From Vibrio ulleungensis (GTDB lineage: Bacteria > Pseudomonadota > Gammaproteobacteria > Enterobacterales > Vibrionaceae): a stretch of 40,000 nucleotides of DNA. The position numbers and the translations under genes are program-made. Position 1 is the stretch's first letter. The number at the start of each line of letters is the position of its first letter. This document shows positions 1-9,161 of this stretch, in pieces. The stretch is taken from NCBI RefSeq assembly GCF_016900875.1, contig NZ_JAFEUM010000001.1, positions 235,241-275,240 of the forward strand. The letters run 5' to 3'. Below the pieces are notes generated by a model, which made no database searches, was not told where the DNA came from, and worked only from the letters and a program-made list of their open reading frames with translations.

Positions 1-1281
1 AATTAGGTTAGGGATGGCCATTAATCCGTTAACGATGTCGGCGATGATCCAAATCATATCCAATTTCATCACAGACCCAAGCGCCACCAATACGATGAAT
101 AGCACTTTAAAAGGCAGAACTGCTTTTTGGCCAAACAAGTAAACCACACAGCGCTCACCGTAGTAGTTCCAACCCAAAATAGTGGTAAAGGCAAAAAAGA
201 TAAGACCCACAGACACTAGCATTGGACCTAAGGTGTCAGAGTTGAGCCCCGTTGCAAAGGCATGCGTTGTCATCGCAGCACCGGCAAAGTCTGTTTGCCA
301 TGCACCCGTTAGGATCAGAGCCAAACCCGTCATCGTACAGATGATGATGGTATCGAAAAACGTCCCCGTCATTGAGATTAGGCCCTGCTTAACGCACGAG
401 TCGGTTTTCGCCGCTGCCGCTGCCATTGGAGCACTACCCAGACCAGATTCGTTAGAAAACACCCCGCGCGCAATACCCGATTGGATGGCCAGCATAATGC
501 TCGCCCCTAAAAAGCCGCCGCTGGCTGCTGTTGGGGTAAAGGCAGACACCAATACCAGTTGCACCGCGTCGGCCAGTTTATCGGCATTAAGCACAATCAC
601 ACTTAAACACGCCACTACATAGACAATGGCCATGGTAGGCACCACTTTAGTCGCGACTTTTGAAATAGATTGAATCCCGCCTAAGGTTACAAGCGCAACC
701 AGTAGGGTTAGCACAACCGCTGAGCCAGTGCGAGGAAGTGAGAACGTGATGCTGGCTGCATCCAAAATGGCGTTAACTTGCGGGAATGTACCAATACCAA
801 AACACGCCACACCAATAGTGAATAGAGCAAACAGGTTTGCGAGCCATTTAGAACCAACACCATCGCGCAGATAGTACATTGGCCCGCCTAGCATTTCGCC
901 TTTGCTGTCGGTTTTGCGGTACTTAACCGCGAGCAAACACTCGGCGTACTTGGTCGCCATACCAAATAAAGCGGCCAACCACATCCAAAATAGCGCACCT
1001 GGGCCACCGACTTTAATAGCGGTGGCAACACCAACGATGTTACCCGTACCAATGGTCGCCGATAATGCGGTACATAGTGCTGCGAAACTCGAGACATCAC
1101 CTTTGGCACTGCTGGAGCTAGATTTGCTAAAAACGAGTTTTAAAGCCGTAGGTAAATGGCGGATCTGAATAAGCCCAAGCTTAAACGTAAAATACGCGCC
1201 AGTGCCGACCAGTAGCAGAAGCAGGGGAGGTCCCCAAACAAAATTGTCAATTGCGAGCAGTATCGCGTGTGCATCAAGCAT
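1..1281 (-). CDS. alanine/glycine:cation symporter (AGCS family), N-terminal 427 codons; 3' end lies beyond the window start
   Basis: Absent from the ORF track because it runs off the window. Manual minus-strand translation from the ATG (complement of 1279-1281, GGAGA RBS at 1286-1290) reads MLDAHAILLAIDNFVWGPPLLLLLVGTGAYFTFKLGLIQIRHLP...ATIGTGNIVGVATAIKVGGPGALFWMWLAALFGMATKYAE, typical of AGCS transporters, and stays open to position 1. Confidence 0.9.
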   Translation of the reverse strand, partial: MLDAHAILLAIDNFVWGPPLLLLLVGTGAYFTFKLGLIQIRHLPTALKLVFSKSSSSSAKGDVSSFAALCTALSATIGTGNIVGVATAIKVGGPGALFWMWLAALFGMATKYAECLLAVKYRKTDSKGEMLGGPMYYLRDGVGSKWLANLFALFTIGVACFGIGTFPQVNAILDAASITFSLPRTGSAVVLTLLVALVTLGGIQSISKVATKVVPTMAIVYVVACLSVIVLNADKLADAVQLVLVSAFTPTAASGGFLGASIMLAIQSGIARGVFSNESGLGSAPMAAAAAKTDSCVKQGLISMTGTFFDTIIICTMTGLALILTGAWQTDFAGAAMTTHAFATGLNSDTLGPMLVSVGLIFFAFTTILGWNYYGERCVVYLFGQKAVLPFKVLFIVLVALGSVMKLDMIWIIADIVNGLMAIPNLI

Positions 1282-1429
1282 GATTTCTCCTTAAACAACT
1301 AAAAAATAAGGAGAAGAGAGAAAGGATTTACACTGTAAAGGGTAAATTTTATGGGTATTAACCTGCAGACCAGTAGATAGTACGTACAAAAATGTGTAGT
1401 AAAAACAATACTATAATATTGGTGCCTTT

Positions 1430-1660
1430 CGCTCCTCTGTCCTTTTGCCTGAGAGTTTCACTCTGCGATATGCGCAAAGCTTGCTCCTTCGGCGGCCGAT
1501 TTCTACCACTAAGTAGTGCGGCTCTCTCCAGAGGTTCCTCCAACGACAGTCCCCGCCCATTACTTGCGTAATAAAGCACCTGAAAGATTTACTTCTTCGG
1601 TAGGAAGCGCCAGTTCTTAATCATAAGCTGGACGTTTCCACTCTCCTGCGGTCTTCACCG
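1430..1660 (-). promoter_or_regulatory. tandem glycine riboswitch (two aptamers) in the leader of the symporter gene
   Basis: The minus strand reads ...GCAGGAGAGTGG...CTACCGAAGAAGTAA...CTTTCAGGTGC...GGGACTG (aptamer 1, about 1546-1652). It continues CTCTGGAGAGAGCCGC...GCCGCCGAAGGAGCAAGCTTTGCGCATATCGCAGAGTGAAACTCTCAGGCAAAAGGACAGAG (aptamer 2, 1436-1533). Both contain the GGAGAG / CCGAAGGAGCAA / CTCAGGCAAAAGGAC glycine-riboswitch cores. Confidence 0.9.
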
Positions 1661-1780
1661 GAACAATTATCGGGTTTCGATAATTGCGCGTATGGTAAGC
1701 AAATCTTATTTTTATGTCACGCACAAAATCGGCCGAAATTAACGGCTGGCTATTTTCTCGCCATGCTGGTTAATGGCCTG

Positions 1781-2137
1781 TTAATTGAGCGAGTGAAGTG
1801 ACACCTGTTCATTACGCCAAAGTGACAAAGTTTCTTTCACTTTGTTACATTCGCCAAACAGTATTTGGTATTGAGGCGTGTAATCTACCCCTAAATAGGT
1901 TGTCCTCACCATTTGTGATGTTTTGACATCCACTTGGGTCACCACACGACCTTTAAAATTCTGAAAAAGCGCAAATTGTTCGCTCTGAAAAACCAATTGC
2001 GACGGATAGAAAACGAAGTGATCTTGAGTCTCTTTAAGCTGACACTTTAAGCCAAAGTTTGCGGCCGCAAAGCTGCTCAACGACAGGCCGTAACATGCTA
2101 AGAAAATCAGGGTGGTTACCAAGGGGCGAATCTTCAT
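1781..2137 (-). CDS. small secreted protein of unknown function (118 aa)
   Basis: ORF track entry. The N-terminus MKIRPLVTTLIFLACYGLSLSSFAAANF looks like a signal peptide. No family recognised. Confidence 0.6.
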   Translation of the reverse strand: MKIRPLVTTLIFLACYGLSLSSFAAANFGLKCQLKETQDHFVFYPSQLVFQSEQFALFQNFKGRVVTQVDVKTSQMVRTTYLGVDYTPQYQILFGECNKVKETLSLWRNEQVSLHSLN

Positions 2138-2262
2138 AGTCTGTCCTTATGGTCAGTTTGATGCACTAAGTATAGACAGGAACAAAATAGCCCGCAGAAT
2201 CTGCGCTCAGAGGGTTGAAAATAGCTAGGGTCGACCACAACTGTATAGGTGAGAATGAGAAT

Positions 2263-2278
2263 TGTGATAAATATCAAA
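2263..2278. promoter_or_regulatory. candidate CRP-like site upstream of zwf
   Basis: TGTGA-TAAATA-TCAAA compared with the consensus TGTGA-N6-TCACA (9 of 10 core positions), about 170 bp upstream of the zwf start. Single-site match only. Confidence 0.3.
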
Positions 2279-2448
2279 TTATGTTTGACGATGTTGGCTT
2301 TGCCATATAGCCTTTTCGCAACAAGATAGACTCATCTTCTTTAACAAATTAGCCTTGGGATCGAAGCGACTTGGTCGACTCCTATCCGCATTACGTCGGG
2401 GAAAAAGGCATTAACGTGCAAACTGTGACTATTTCTCAAGGAAAGACC

Positions 2449-3951
2449 ATGGTAATACCTGAAAACAGTAGTATTGTGATTTTTGGTGCATCTGGTGACC
2501 TAACTTCCCGTAAGTTGATCCCTGCTCTTTATCACCTTTATGCCGCAGACAAACTGCCAAAATCCTTTGTTATTTTGGGCGTAAGCCGCACTGAATATAG
2601 CGATCAAAGCTATAGAGAAAAACTCAAAGAATCCCTTCACCAGTTAGAAAAAACCGAGCCCTCAAAGCTGGATGCGTTTTGTGATCATTTGCATTACCAA
2701 GCAGTGAACACCTCCGACTGCGAAGACTACGCGAAGTTAGTGACCCGTTTAGACGAGCTAGCCACACAATATAGCTTTGAGCATCGCAATACGTTGTTCT
2801 ATCTGGCAACGCCACCGAGCTTATACAGCGTGATCCCGGCAAGCCTTGGCTACCATGGACTTAACGACGAAAGTGACGGTTGGAAACGCCTCATTGTTGA
2901 AAAGCCATTTGGTTATGATCTGGAATCGGCAATCAAATTAGACACCGATATTCATCAGCATTTTGAAGAGCATCAGATCTACCGAATTGACCACTACCTA
3001 GGTAAAGAAACCGTTCAAAACCTACTGGTGTTTCGATTCTCTAACGCGATGTTTGAGCCACTATGGAATCGCAACTACATCGAGTATGTTGAGATCACCG
3101 GCGCCGAGTCGCTTGGTGTTGAAGAGCGCGGCGGCTATTACGATGGGTCGGGTGCGGTGCGCGATATGTTCCAAAACCACCTTCTGCAAGTGCTTGCGAT
3201 GGTGGGCATGGAGCCGCCAGCTCAAATCAACGCAGACTCAATGCGTGACGAAGTGGTTAAAGTGTTGCAGTGCTTAAAACCGCTGGATGAAAACGATTTA
3301 AAAGACAACCTCGTTCTAGGCCAATACACCGAATCGACCGTGCGCGGTAAATTCTTACCTAGCTATCGTGATGAAAACGGTGTCGCAGACGATTCGCGCA
3401 CCGAGACCTACGTAGGGGTAAAAGCGTGCATTAACAACTGGCGTTGGAACGGTGTGCCATTTTACATTCGCAGTGGTAAACGCCTACCAACGCGGGTCAC
3501 CGAGGTGGTGATCCACTTTAAGAACACGCCACACCCTGTGTTTGGCCAAAATGCACCAGAGAACAAATTGATCATCCGTATTCAGCCTGACGAAGGCATA
3601 CAGATGAGCTTTGGTCTAAAAGAGCCAGGGGCTGGCTTTAAAGCCAAGGAAGTGAAAATGAACTTCCACTACACCTCATTACAAGAAACCGGCATGTTGA
3701 CCGCTTACGAGAGACTGCTGCTCGATGCACTCAACGGCGATGCAACTCTATTTGCCCGTAGCGATGCGGTACGAGCGTGCTGGGAATATGTACAACCCAT
3801 ACTGGACTACAAGCAAGAGCCAAAAGCACTGTTTGGTTATGCCTGTGGTACGTGGGGACCAAAAGAAGCGGACGACCTGCTCGCACGTCGCGATCGCGCT
3901 TGGCGCTTCCCATGTAAAAACCTTACTGACACGGATTATTGCGAACTATGA
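2449..3951 (+). CDS. zwf: glucose-6-phosphate 1-dehydrogenase
   Basis: [30 protein letters not shown] (NADP-binding GxxGDLx motif), the RIDHYLGKE active-site motif, 500 aa. Start set to the first ATG at 2449 (AAGGAAAG RBS) rather than the TTG at 2371 in the track. Confidence 0.95.
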   Translation: MVIPENSSIVIFGASGDLTSRKLIPALYHLYAADKLPKSFVILGVSRTEYSDQSYREKLKESLHQLEKTEPSKLDAFCDHLHYQAVNTSDCEDYAKLVTRLDELATQYSFEHRNTLFYLATPPSLYSVIPASLGYHGLNDESDGWKRLIVEKPFGYDLESAIKLDTDIHQHFEEHQIYRIDHYLGKETVQNLLVFRFSNAMFEPLWNRNYIEYVEITGAESLGVEERGGYYDGSGAVRDMFQNHLLQVLAMVGMEPPAQINADSMRDEVVKVLQCLKPLDENDLKDNLVLGQYTESTVRGKFLPSYRDENGVADDSRTETYVGVKACINNWRWNGVPFYIRSGKRLPTRVTEVVIHFKNTPHPVFGQNAPENKLIIRIQPDEGIQMSFGLKEPGAGFKAKEVKMNFHYTSLQETGMLTAYERLLLDALNGDATLFARSDAVRACWEYVQPILDYKQEPKALFGYACGTWGPKEADDLLARRDRAWRFPCKNLTDTDYCEL

Positions 3952-4661
3952 TCAATGCCAAGATCTTTGATTCAGCCGACAAGGTGGTCACACACCTTGC
4001 GCAAGAGCTAAAACAACTGAGCGAGCAGGGCACACCTGTTCACATATCTTTATCTGGTGGCAGCACGCCAAAAATGCTGTTCAATTTGCTGGCGCGTGAT
4101 TACGCCACCAGTATCAATTGGGCTAACTTGCATTTTTGGTGGGGTGACGAGCGATGTGTTGGGCCAACCGACGCCGAGAGCAACTACGGCGAAGCCAATA
4201 CACTGCTGTTTAGCCACATTGACATTCCTGCGCAAAATATTCACCGCATTTTAGGTGAAAACGAGCCAGAAGCCGAAGCCGAGCGATTTGCCAACGAAAT
4301 GGCCAGCGAGATTGACTGTGAAGACGGCGTGCCAGTGTTCGATTGGATCCTGCTAGGCGTTGGCGCCGATGGCCACACTGCATCACTGTTTCCAGGGCAA
4401 ACCGATTACGACGAGCCGCGACTAGGCATTACCGCCACACACCCAGAATCTGGGCAAGTGCGCGTATCTAAAAGTGCCAAAGTGTTGCAAGCGGCCAAAC
4501 GCATTAGCTACTTGGTGCTAGGCGCAGGCAAAGTTGACATAGTAGAAGAAATTCACACCACCGACGCGGCGAACCTGCCTTATCCGGCAGCAAAAATTCA
4601 CTCCACTAAGGGTGAAACCGAGTGGTTTTTAGATTTAGATGCAGCAGCGAAAATCGCCTGA
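3948..4661 (+). CDS. pgl: 6-phosphogluconolactonase
   Basis: [12 protein letters not shown] and [14 protein letters not shown] motifs. The ATG at 3948 overlaps the zwf stop (ATGA), indicating translational coupling. Confidence 0.9.
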   Translation: MINAKIFDSADKVVTHLAQELKQLSEQGTPVHISLSGGSTPKMLFNLLARDYATSINWANLHFWWGDERCVGPTDAESNYGEANTLLFSHIDIPAQNIHRILGENEPEAEAERFANEMASEIDCEDGVPVFDWILLGVGADGHTASLFPGQTDYDEPRLGITATHPESGQVRVSKSAKVLQAAKRISYLVLGAGKVDIVEEIHTTDAANLPYPAAKIHSTKGETEWFLDLDAAAKIA

Positions 4662-4696
4662 TTTGACTGCTACCAAAACATATAGGGAAAGAGATA

Positions 4697-6145
4697 ATGA
4701 AAGGTGATATTGGTGTAATTGGTCTTGCTGTTATGGGGCAAAACCTAATATTGAACATGAACGACCACGGTTTTAAAGTGGTGGCTCATAACCGTACTGC
4801 TGCAAAAGTGGACGAGTTTTTGGAAGGCCCAGCAAAGGGCACCAACATTGTGGGTGCTTACTCACTGGAAGAGCTGGTAGAGAAACTAGAATCACCGCGT
4901 AAAGTGATGCTAATGGTACGTGCCGGTGACGTTGTCGATAAGTTCATCGACGCATTGGTACCGCTGCTGGACAAAGGCGACATCATTATTGATGGCGGTA
5001 ATACTAACTACCCAGACACCAACCGTCGCGTGGCAAGCCTTCGCGAAAAAGGCATCCACTTTATTGGTACTGGTGTATCGGGTGGTGAAGAAGGTGCGCG
5101 CTTTGGCCCGTCTATCATGCCAGGTGGCGCAGTTGAAGCTTGGGAAGCGGTTAAGCCAATCTTCCAAGGCATTTCTGCAAAGACAGACAACGGCGAGCCT
5201 TGCTGTGACTGGGTGGGCAACGATGGCGCTGGCCACTTCGTTAAAATGGTGCACAACGGCATCGAATACGGTGACATGCAGCTGATTACCGAAGCGTACC
5301 AGTTCATGAAAGACGGCCTAGGTATGAACGCCGACGAAATGCAAGCCGTGTTTGCCGACTGGAACACCACCGAACTAAACAGCTACCTTGTAGAAATCAC
5401 CGCCGACATCCTTGGCTACAAAGATGAAGATGGTGAAGCGCTGGTTGAAAAAATTCTCGACACCGCAGGCCAAAAAGGCACCGGTAAATGGACCGGCATT
5501 AACGCCCTAGATCTTGGCATTCCACTGACCTTGATCTCTGAGTCTGTGTTCTCTCGCTGCCTATCGGCACTTAAAGACCAACGTGTTGACGCCGAAAAAC
5601 TGTTTGGCAAAACCATTGCACCTGTTGAGGGTGACAAAAAAGAGTGGGTTGATGCCCTTCGCCAAGCACTGCTTGCGTCTAAGATCATCTCTTACGCACA
5701 AGGCTTTATGTTGATGCGTGAAGCGTCTAACGAGAACGGCTGGGATCTAAACTACGGCAACGTAGCGCTAATGTGGCGCGGCGGCTGTATTATCCGCTCG
5801 GCGTTCCTAGGCAATATCCGTGACGCCTACGAAAGCGATCCAGAGCTTGCTTTCCTTGGCTCAGACGCATACTTCAAAGGCATCCTAGACAACTGCCTTG
5901 GCGCGTGGCGTAAAGTTGCGGCTAAGTCGCTAGAAGTCGGCATTCCAATGCCTTGTACCACTTCAGCGCTTACGTTCCTAGACGGTTACACAACCGCTCG
6001 CTTGCCAGCAAACTTGCTGCAAGCACAGCGCGATTACTTTGGCGCACACACCTACGAGCGTATTGATCGTCCACGTGGTGAGTTCTTCCACACCAACTGG
6101 ACAGGAACAGGCGGCGATACCGCATCGACCACCTACGACGTGTAA
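4697..6145 (+). CDS. gnd: 6-phosphogluconate dehydrogenase, decarboxylating
   Basis: MKGDIGVIGLAVMGQNLILNM Rossmann N-terminus, GHFVKMVHNGIEYGDMQLI motif, 482 aa. Confidence 0.95.
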   Translation: MKGDIGVIGLAVMGQNLILNMNDHGFKVVAHNRTAAKVDEFLEGPAKGTNIVGAYSLEELVEKLESPRKVMLMVRAGDVVDKFIDALVPLLDKGDIIIDGGNTNYPDTNRRVASLREKGIHFIGTGVSGGEEGARFGPSIMPGGAVEAWEAVKPIFQGISAKTDNGEPCCDWVGNDGAGHFVKMVHNGIEYGDMQLITEAYQFMKDGLGMNADEMQAVFADWNTTELNSYLVEITADILGYKDEDGEALVEKILDTAGQKGTGKWTGINALDLGIPLTLISESVFSRCLSALKDQRVDAEKLFGKTIAPVEGDKKEWVDALRQALLASKIISYAQGFMLMREASNENGWDLNYGNVALMWRGGCIIRSAFLGNIRDAYESDPELAFLGSDAYFKGILDNCLGAWRKVAAKSLEVGIPMPCTTSALTFLDGYTTARLPANLLQAQRDYFGAHTYERIDRPRGEFFHTNWTGTGGDTASTTYDV

Positions 6146-6164
6146 GTCGCAGAAAATCACACTA

Positions 6165-6194
6165 AAAGCCTCGCAGTCGCGGGGCTTTATTTTA
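6165..6194. terminator. bidirectional rho-independent terminator shared by convergent gnd and intI
   Basis: Stem AAAGCCTCGC (6165-6174) pairs with GCGGGGCTTT (6179-6188) with one G-T wobble and loop AGTC. An A-run lies before and a T-rich run (ATTTTAT) after. The intI stop codon (6187-6189) lies inside the right arm. Confidence 0.7.
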
Positions 6195-7146
6195 TGTCGT
6201 CTAAAGGGCTTCTGGCGCCAGCAAAATGGGTACCCAGTACATGGGTATAAATTTGGGTAGTAGAAACATCGGTATGGCCTAACAATTCTTGCACCGTTCG
6301 AATATCTTTGCCATTTCTAAGTAACTCGGTCGCGAAGCTATGGCGAAAGGTATGACAATGGATCCGCTTGTGGCCAAACCCACAGGCATTCACCGCTTTC
6401 TTCAGTGCTTTTCTTGCCGCAGAGTCGCTGAGGTGGTGTCGGCATAAAACCCCTGTATAAGGGTGTAGACACAACCCAACAGATGGAAAAATATACATCC
6501 AACTTAGCTGCTTATATGCGTGTGGGTATTTTCGATCGAGCGCATAGGGAAGCGATGGTCCAACATTTTGTTTATTGTCTCTAATTTGTAGCGCTTTCGC
6601 TTGGGAAATCAATGCCGAAACCTCGGGTTCAAGATGCTGACTTAGTAGTGTTTTGCGATCTTTTTTCCCTTTTCCATCATGGACAGTAAGGGCGCAAGCC
6701 TCAAAATCAAAGTCCATCACCCTTAACCTAAGCCCCTCGTTCACCCGCAGTCCTGATCCATATAGCAAAGAAAAAAGCGTGCGAAATTTACCATCACTCG
6801 CCTCAATAAGTTGCTTTACCTCCATAGGAGTGAGGACACTCGGTATCTTCCTAGGCGATTTTGCATGATGAAAACCCAAATCTCCCAACGGCTTATTGAG
6901 GTGTTGGTTGTATAAATAGGCTAGCGCATTGAGAGCCAGTTTTTGAGTGCCAATGGCAACACATTTCTGATTGGCAAGGTACGATAGAAATGTTTCAACC
7001 TCTTTTGCGCCCATCTCACTGGGGTGTCGAAACTTGTGAAACCGAATAAAGTAGGTGATCCAATACAGATAGCTTTTTTCTGTTTTAAGCGCATACCCAC
7101 GCAGTCGCATTCCTTGCTTCACTTCACTTAGAAATTCGCTTGCCAT
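6187..7146 (-). CDS. intI: integron integrase (tyrosine recombinase, IntI family)
   Basis: 319 aa with RLRGYALKTEKSYLYWI at the N-terminus. Catalytic motifs SGLRVNEGLRLR, HTFRHSFAT and LGHTDVSTTQIYTHV are present. The IntI-specific insertion LPYALDRKYPHAYKQLSWMYIFPS is present. It is divergent from an array of attC-bounded cassettes. Confidence 0.95.
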   Translation of the reverse strand: MASEFLSEVKQGMRLRGYALKTEKSYLYWITYFIRFHKFRHPSEMGAKEVETFLSYLANQKCVAIGTQKLALNALAYLYNQHLNKPLGDLGFHHAKSPRKIPSVLTPMEVKQLIEASDGKFRTLFSLLYGSGLRVNEGLRLRVMDFDFEACALTVHDGKGKKDRKTLLSQHLEPEVSALISQAKALQIRDNKQNVGPSLPYALDRKYPHAYKQLSWMYIFPSVGLCLHPYTGVLCRHHLSDSAARKALKKAVNACGFGHKRIHCHTFRHSFATELLRNGKDIRTVQELLGHTDVSTTQIYTHVLGTHFAGARSPLDDIK

Positions 7147-7274
7147 ACGGCCGAGCCTACCCTCGCTGTTATAAAGCTATTAGCATATGTGATTGATCGA
7201 AAGGCCAGGGACTGAAAAAGGTGTGATTTTGAGATGAGTATTCCCGATTGGATCGCAATGAGGGATAAATGTGT

Positions 7275-7303
7275 TTGATTATTAATAGGTTAAAAACTAT
7301 CTT
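7275..7303 (+). promoter_or_regulatory. candidate cassette promoter (Pc-like)
   Basis: TTGATT (7275-7280), a 17-nt spacer, then TATCTT (7298-7303), reading toward the cassettes. The -10 is weak and there is no experimental anchor. Confidence 0.25.
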
Positions 7304-7392
7304 GATGAGTTAATAGGAAACCTATTAGCAGGCTATGAGTCCCGACGGTATCGTGTGGGTTAGTGGGAACGCCTACTAATAAGCTGTTATGG
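7283..7392 (+). other. attI region with putative crossover at G7386/TT
   Basis: GTTATGG at 7386-7392 is the first GTT-type core between intI and the first cassette ORF. Three TAATAGG motifs lie upstream (7283, 7311, and inverted at 7321). The exact extent is inferred. Confidence 0.5.
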
Positions 7393-7414
7393 CTCGCCTA
7401 ACCGTTTGCTAAGG

Positions 7415-7801
7415 ATGACTAACTTGGATTTAGAAAAACTGATCATTGAAAAAGAGCTTTCTCTATTAACCTTTGAGGTAAGGCATAGTGAAAGCGCGTT
7501 GAAATCATTGCTATCATCTGAGTTCTTAGAAGTTGGTGCATCAGGAGATTATTTCGGGTTACCAGAAGTATTGAACGAACTGCCGATTCAAAATAACTGG
7601 AAATGCCATGCACAAGATTTTAAGTTTCGAAAGTTGGATGAGAATATTGCTCAGTTAATTTTTAGAGCACATATTACAACTCGCGATAATGTGGTCGGGG
7701 CATATTCTCGTCGTACTTCAATTTGGAGACTAGAAGTGGACGGCTGGAAAATGGTTTATCATCAAGGAACTAAAGTAGATAAATTTGAGCTAAAGCCATA
7801 A
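7415..7801 (+). CDS. cassette 1: NTF2-like / DUF4440-like protein (128 aa)
   Basis: The pattern LSSEFLEVGASGDYF...SIWRLEVDGWKMVYHQGTKV resembles the SnoaL/NTF2 fold family. The first ATG is at 7415; the track starts at the TTG at 7406. No good RBS precedes either start. Confidence 0.65.
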   Translation: MTNLDLEKLIIEKELSLLTFEVRHSESALKSLLSSEFLEVGASGDYFGLPEVLNELPIQNNWKCHAQDFKFRKLDENIAQLIFRAHITTRDNVVGAYSRRTSIWRLEVDGWKMVYHQGTKVDKFELKP

Positions 7802-7893
7802 CAAGGCGCTCAAGACGGATTCGTAAACGCTGGCTGAACTCGCTTCGCTCAGACATAGCCAACGTTCACTCACCGCTTAGGTTAGCGTTATAT
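7798..7893 (+). repeat. attC 1 (96 bp)
   Basis: ATAACAAGGCGCTCAAGACGGATTCG...CTCACCGCTTAGGTTAGCGTTATAT. The R'' ATAAC overlaps the stop codon and the R' GTTATAT is at 7887-7893. The two arms are imperfectly complementary. Confidence 0.85.
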
Positions 7894-7959
7894 GCTCAAG
7901 AGTTAGAAGCTCTCACGGCATACTTAACTTAAGAGAATTGAAATTAGATTAAGATATAC

Positions 7960-8310
7960 ATGACAAGAAGGCACGATAAATACAGTGAATACTTTAGAGT
8001 TCAAACTAATGTTTTGTTCTTTTGCGCATTCCCTATGATTTTGGCTTTATTAGAGTACCCAGAAAGAGAAGGTGGTATTTCGCTGTTGCTTATGTCTATA
8101 TTTTGTATTGCATTTGGTTTTACATCTGAAATGCGACGGTTGTGGATTAAGCATAAAAAGTATAGGTATAAAGCCGTTATCTTAGTGACAATTGGAATTG
8201 TGCTATTTTATTCCACTAACTACTTAGTATCGTTTAGTTTCTTCATATTATCTTCTGTGTACTTGGGTTTAAATTCAGTGAAATGTACTAGGGAGTTAGA
8301 TGAAGAGTGA
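7960..8310 (+). CDS. cassette 2: small integral membrane protein (116 aa)
   Basis: Three to four hydrophobic segments (VLFFCAFPMILALL, ISLLLMSIFCIAFGF, AVILVTIGIVLFY, LVSFSFFILSSVYLGL). AT-rich. No family recognised. Confidence 0.6.
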   Translation: MTRRHDKYSEYFRVQTNVLFFCAFPMILALLEYPEREGGISLLLMSIFCIAFGFTSEMRRLWIKHKKYRYKAVILVTIGIVLFYSTNYLVSFSFFILSSVYLGLNSVKCTRELDEE

Positions 8311-8316
8311 ACGCAT

Positions 8317-8410
8317 ATAACAAAGCAATTAAGTCGGATTCCATACGCGTGCCGACTCGCTTACGCTCAAACATAGCACGCGTATGTCACCGCTTATTGC
8401 GGCGTTAGCT
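8317..8410 (+). repeat. attC 2 (94 bp)
   Basis: ATAACAAAGCAATTAAGTCGGATTCCATACGCGTGCCGACTCGCTTACGCTCAAACATAGCACGCGTATGTCACCGCTTATTGCGGCGTTAGCT. Confidence 0.9.
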
Positions 8411-8425
8411 GTCACGGAGAAGATA

Positions 8426-9061
8426 ATGCGTAATCTAATTGTACTAGTCTTATTGACGATTATCCCATGTATGGCTTTTTCACAGGCCGATTACGGTAGT
8501 TATGTAGGCACAGTAAAAACCGAATGGATGCGAGGTTCAGAATCTGAGCGTCGTATGGTTTTGTTAGAAGATTTTGTTTATATCGACCCCAAAGGAAAAA
8601 AATGGATAGCTCCTGCCGGAAGTAAGACTGATGGGGCAACAATTCCCAAAGTGGTCTGGACGTTTGTAGGTGGTCCATATGCTGGTCAATATCGTGAAGC
8701 TGCCGTAATTCACGATGTGTACTGCGATACAAAATCAGAACCTTATAGAGATGTCCATCGAATATTTTACTATGCAAATCGTGCTGCTGGAGTCTCTGAG
8801 AAGAAAGCAAAAATCCTATACGGAGGCGTAATGATAGGTGGCCCCAAATGGGGAAGTAAAGAATCAAATTGTTATAGCTGTCACAGTACCGGAAGCACAA
8901 AAATGGAAAAGGACAATAATGGGCAGCTAACAGCATTCCCCCCAGTAACAGAAGATGATGTAAAAATGCTCGCTGAGTTTGTCAACAGTAAGAACCCAAC
9001 GTTAGAACAGATAGATGCTTACATTGAAAAAGTGCATCCAGCTAGCAAATTTGGGCACTAG
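8426..9061 (+). CDS. cassette 3: secreted protein, DUF1353-like (211 aa)
   Basis: Signal peptide MRNLIVLVLLTIIPCMAFSQA. The core KWIAPAGSKTDGATIPKVVW...AAVIHDVYCD matches the TDG-x-S/T-IP plus HD pattern I associate with DUF1353. Start moved to the ATG at 8426 (GGAGA RBS); the track start at 8384 lies inside attC 2. Confidence 0.65.
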   Translation: MRNLIVLVLLTIIPCMAFSQADYGSYVGTVKTEWMRGSESERRMVLLEDFVYIDPKGKKWIAPAGSKTDGATIPKVVWTFVGGPYAGQYREAAVIHDVYCDTKSEPYRDVHRIFYYANRAAGVSEKKAKILYGGVMIGGPKWGSKESNCYSCHSTGSTKMEKDNNGQLTAFPPVTEDDVKMLAEFVNSKNPTLEQIDAYIEKVHPASKFGH

Positions 9062-9070
9062 ATGGAACAG

Positions 9071-9143
9071 CTAACAAGTCAATCAACTTCGCGCCTTCGG
9101 CGCCGGACACAGCAAAGCTGCGCCGGTTATTGAGGCGTTATAT
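9071..9143 (+). repeat. attC 3 (73 bp, short class)
   Basis: CTAACAAGTCAATCAACTTCGCGCCTTCGGCGCCGGACACAGCAAAGCTGCGCCGGTTATTGAGGCGTTATAT, with a central GCGCC/GGCGC hairpin. Confidence 0.8.
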
Positions 9144-9161
9144 GGTTCAAGGAGTAACCGT

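Noticed and set aside
182-1168. Plus-strand ORFs 182..622 and 902..1168 and minus ORF 888..1109 from the track.
   Set aside because: All lie inside, and out of frame with or antisense to, the clearly coding AGCS symporter gene (minus strand, 1-1281). Their sequences are low-complexity, as expected for shadow ORFs.
1358-1579. Minus-strand ORF of 73 aa.
   Set aside because: It is made of the glycine riboswitch aptamer and expression platform, so it is RNA structure rather than coding sequence.
2371-2448. The TTG-initiated 26-codon N-terminal extension of zwf given in the track.
   Set aside because: The conserved Zwf N-terminus (MVIPENSS...GASGDL) begins at the ATG at 2449, which has a good RBS.
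7166-7181. A possible LexA box in the intI promoter (CTGTTATAAAGCTATT).
   Set aside because: Only the CTGT half is present. The position of ACAG reads TATT, so no SOS box is claimed.
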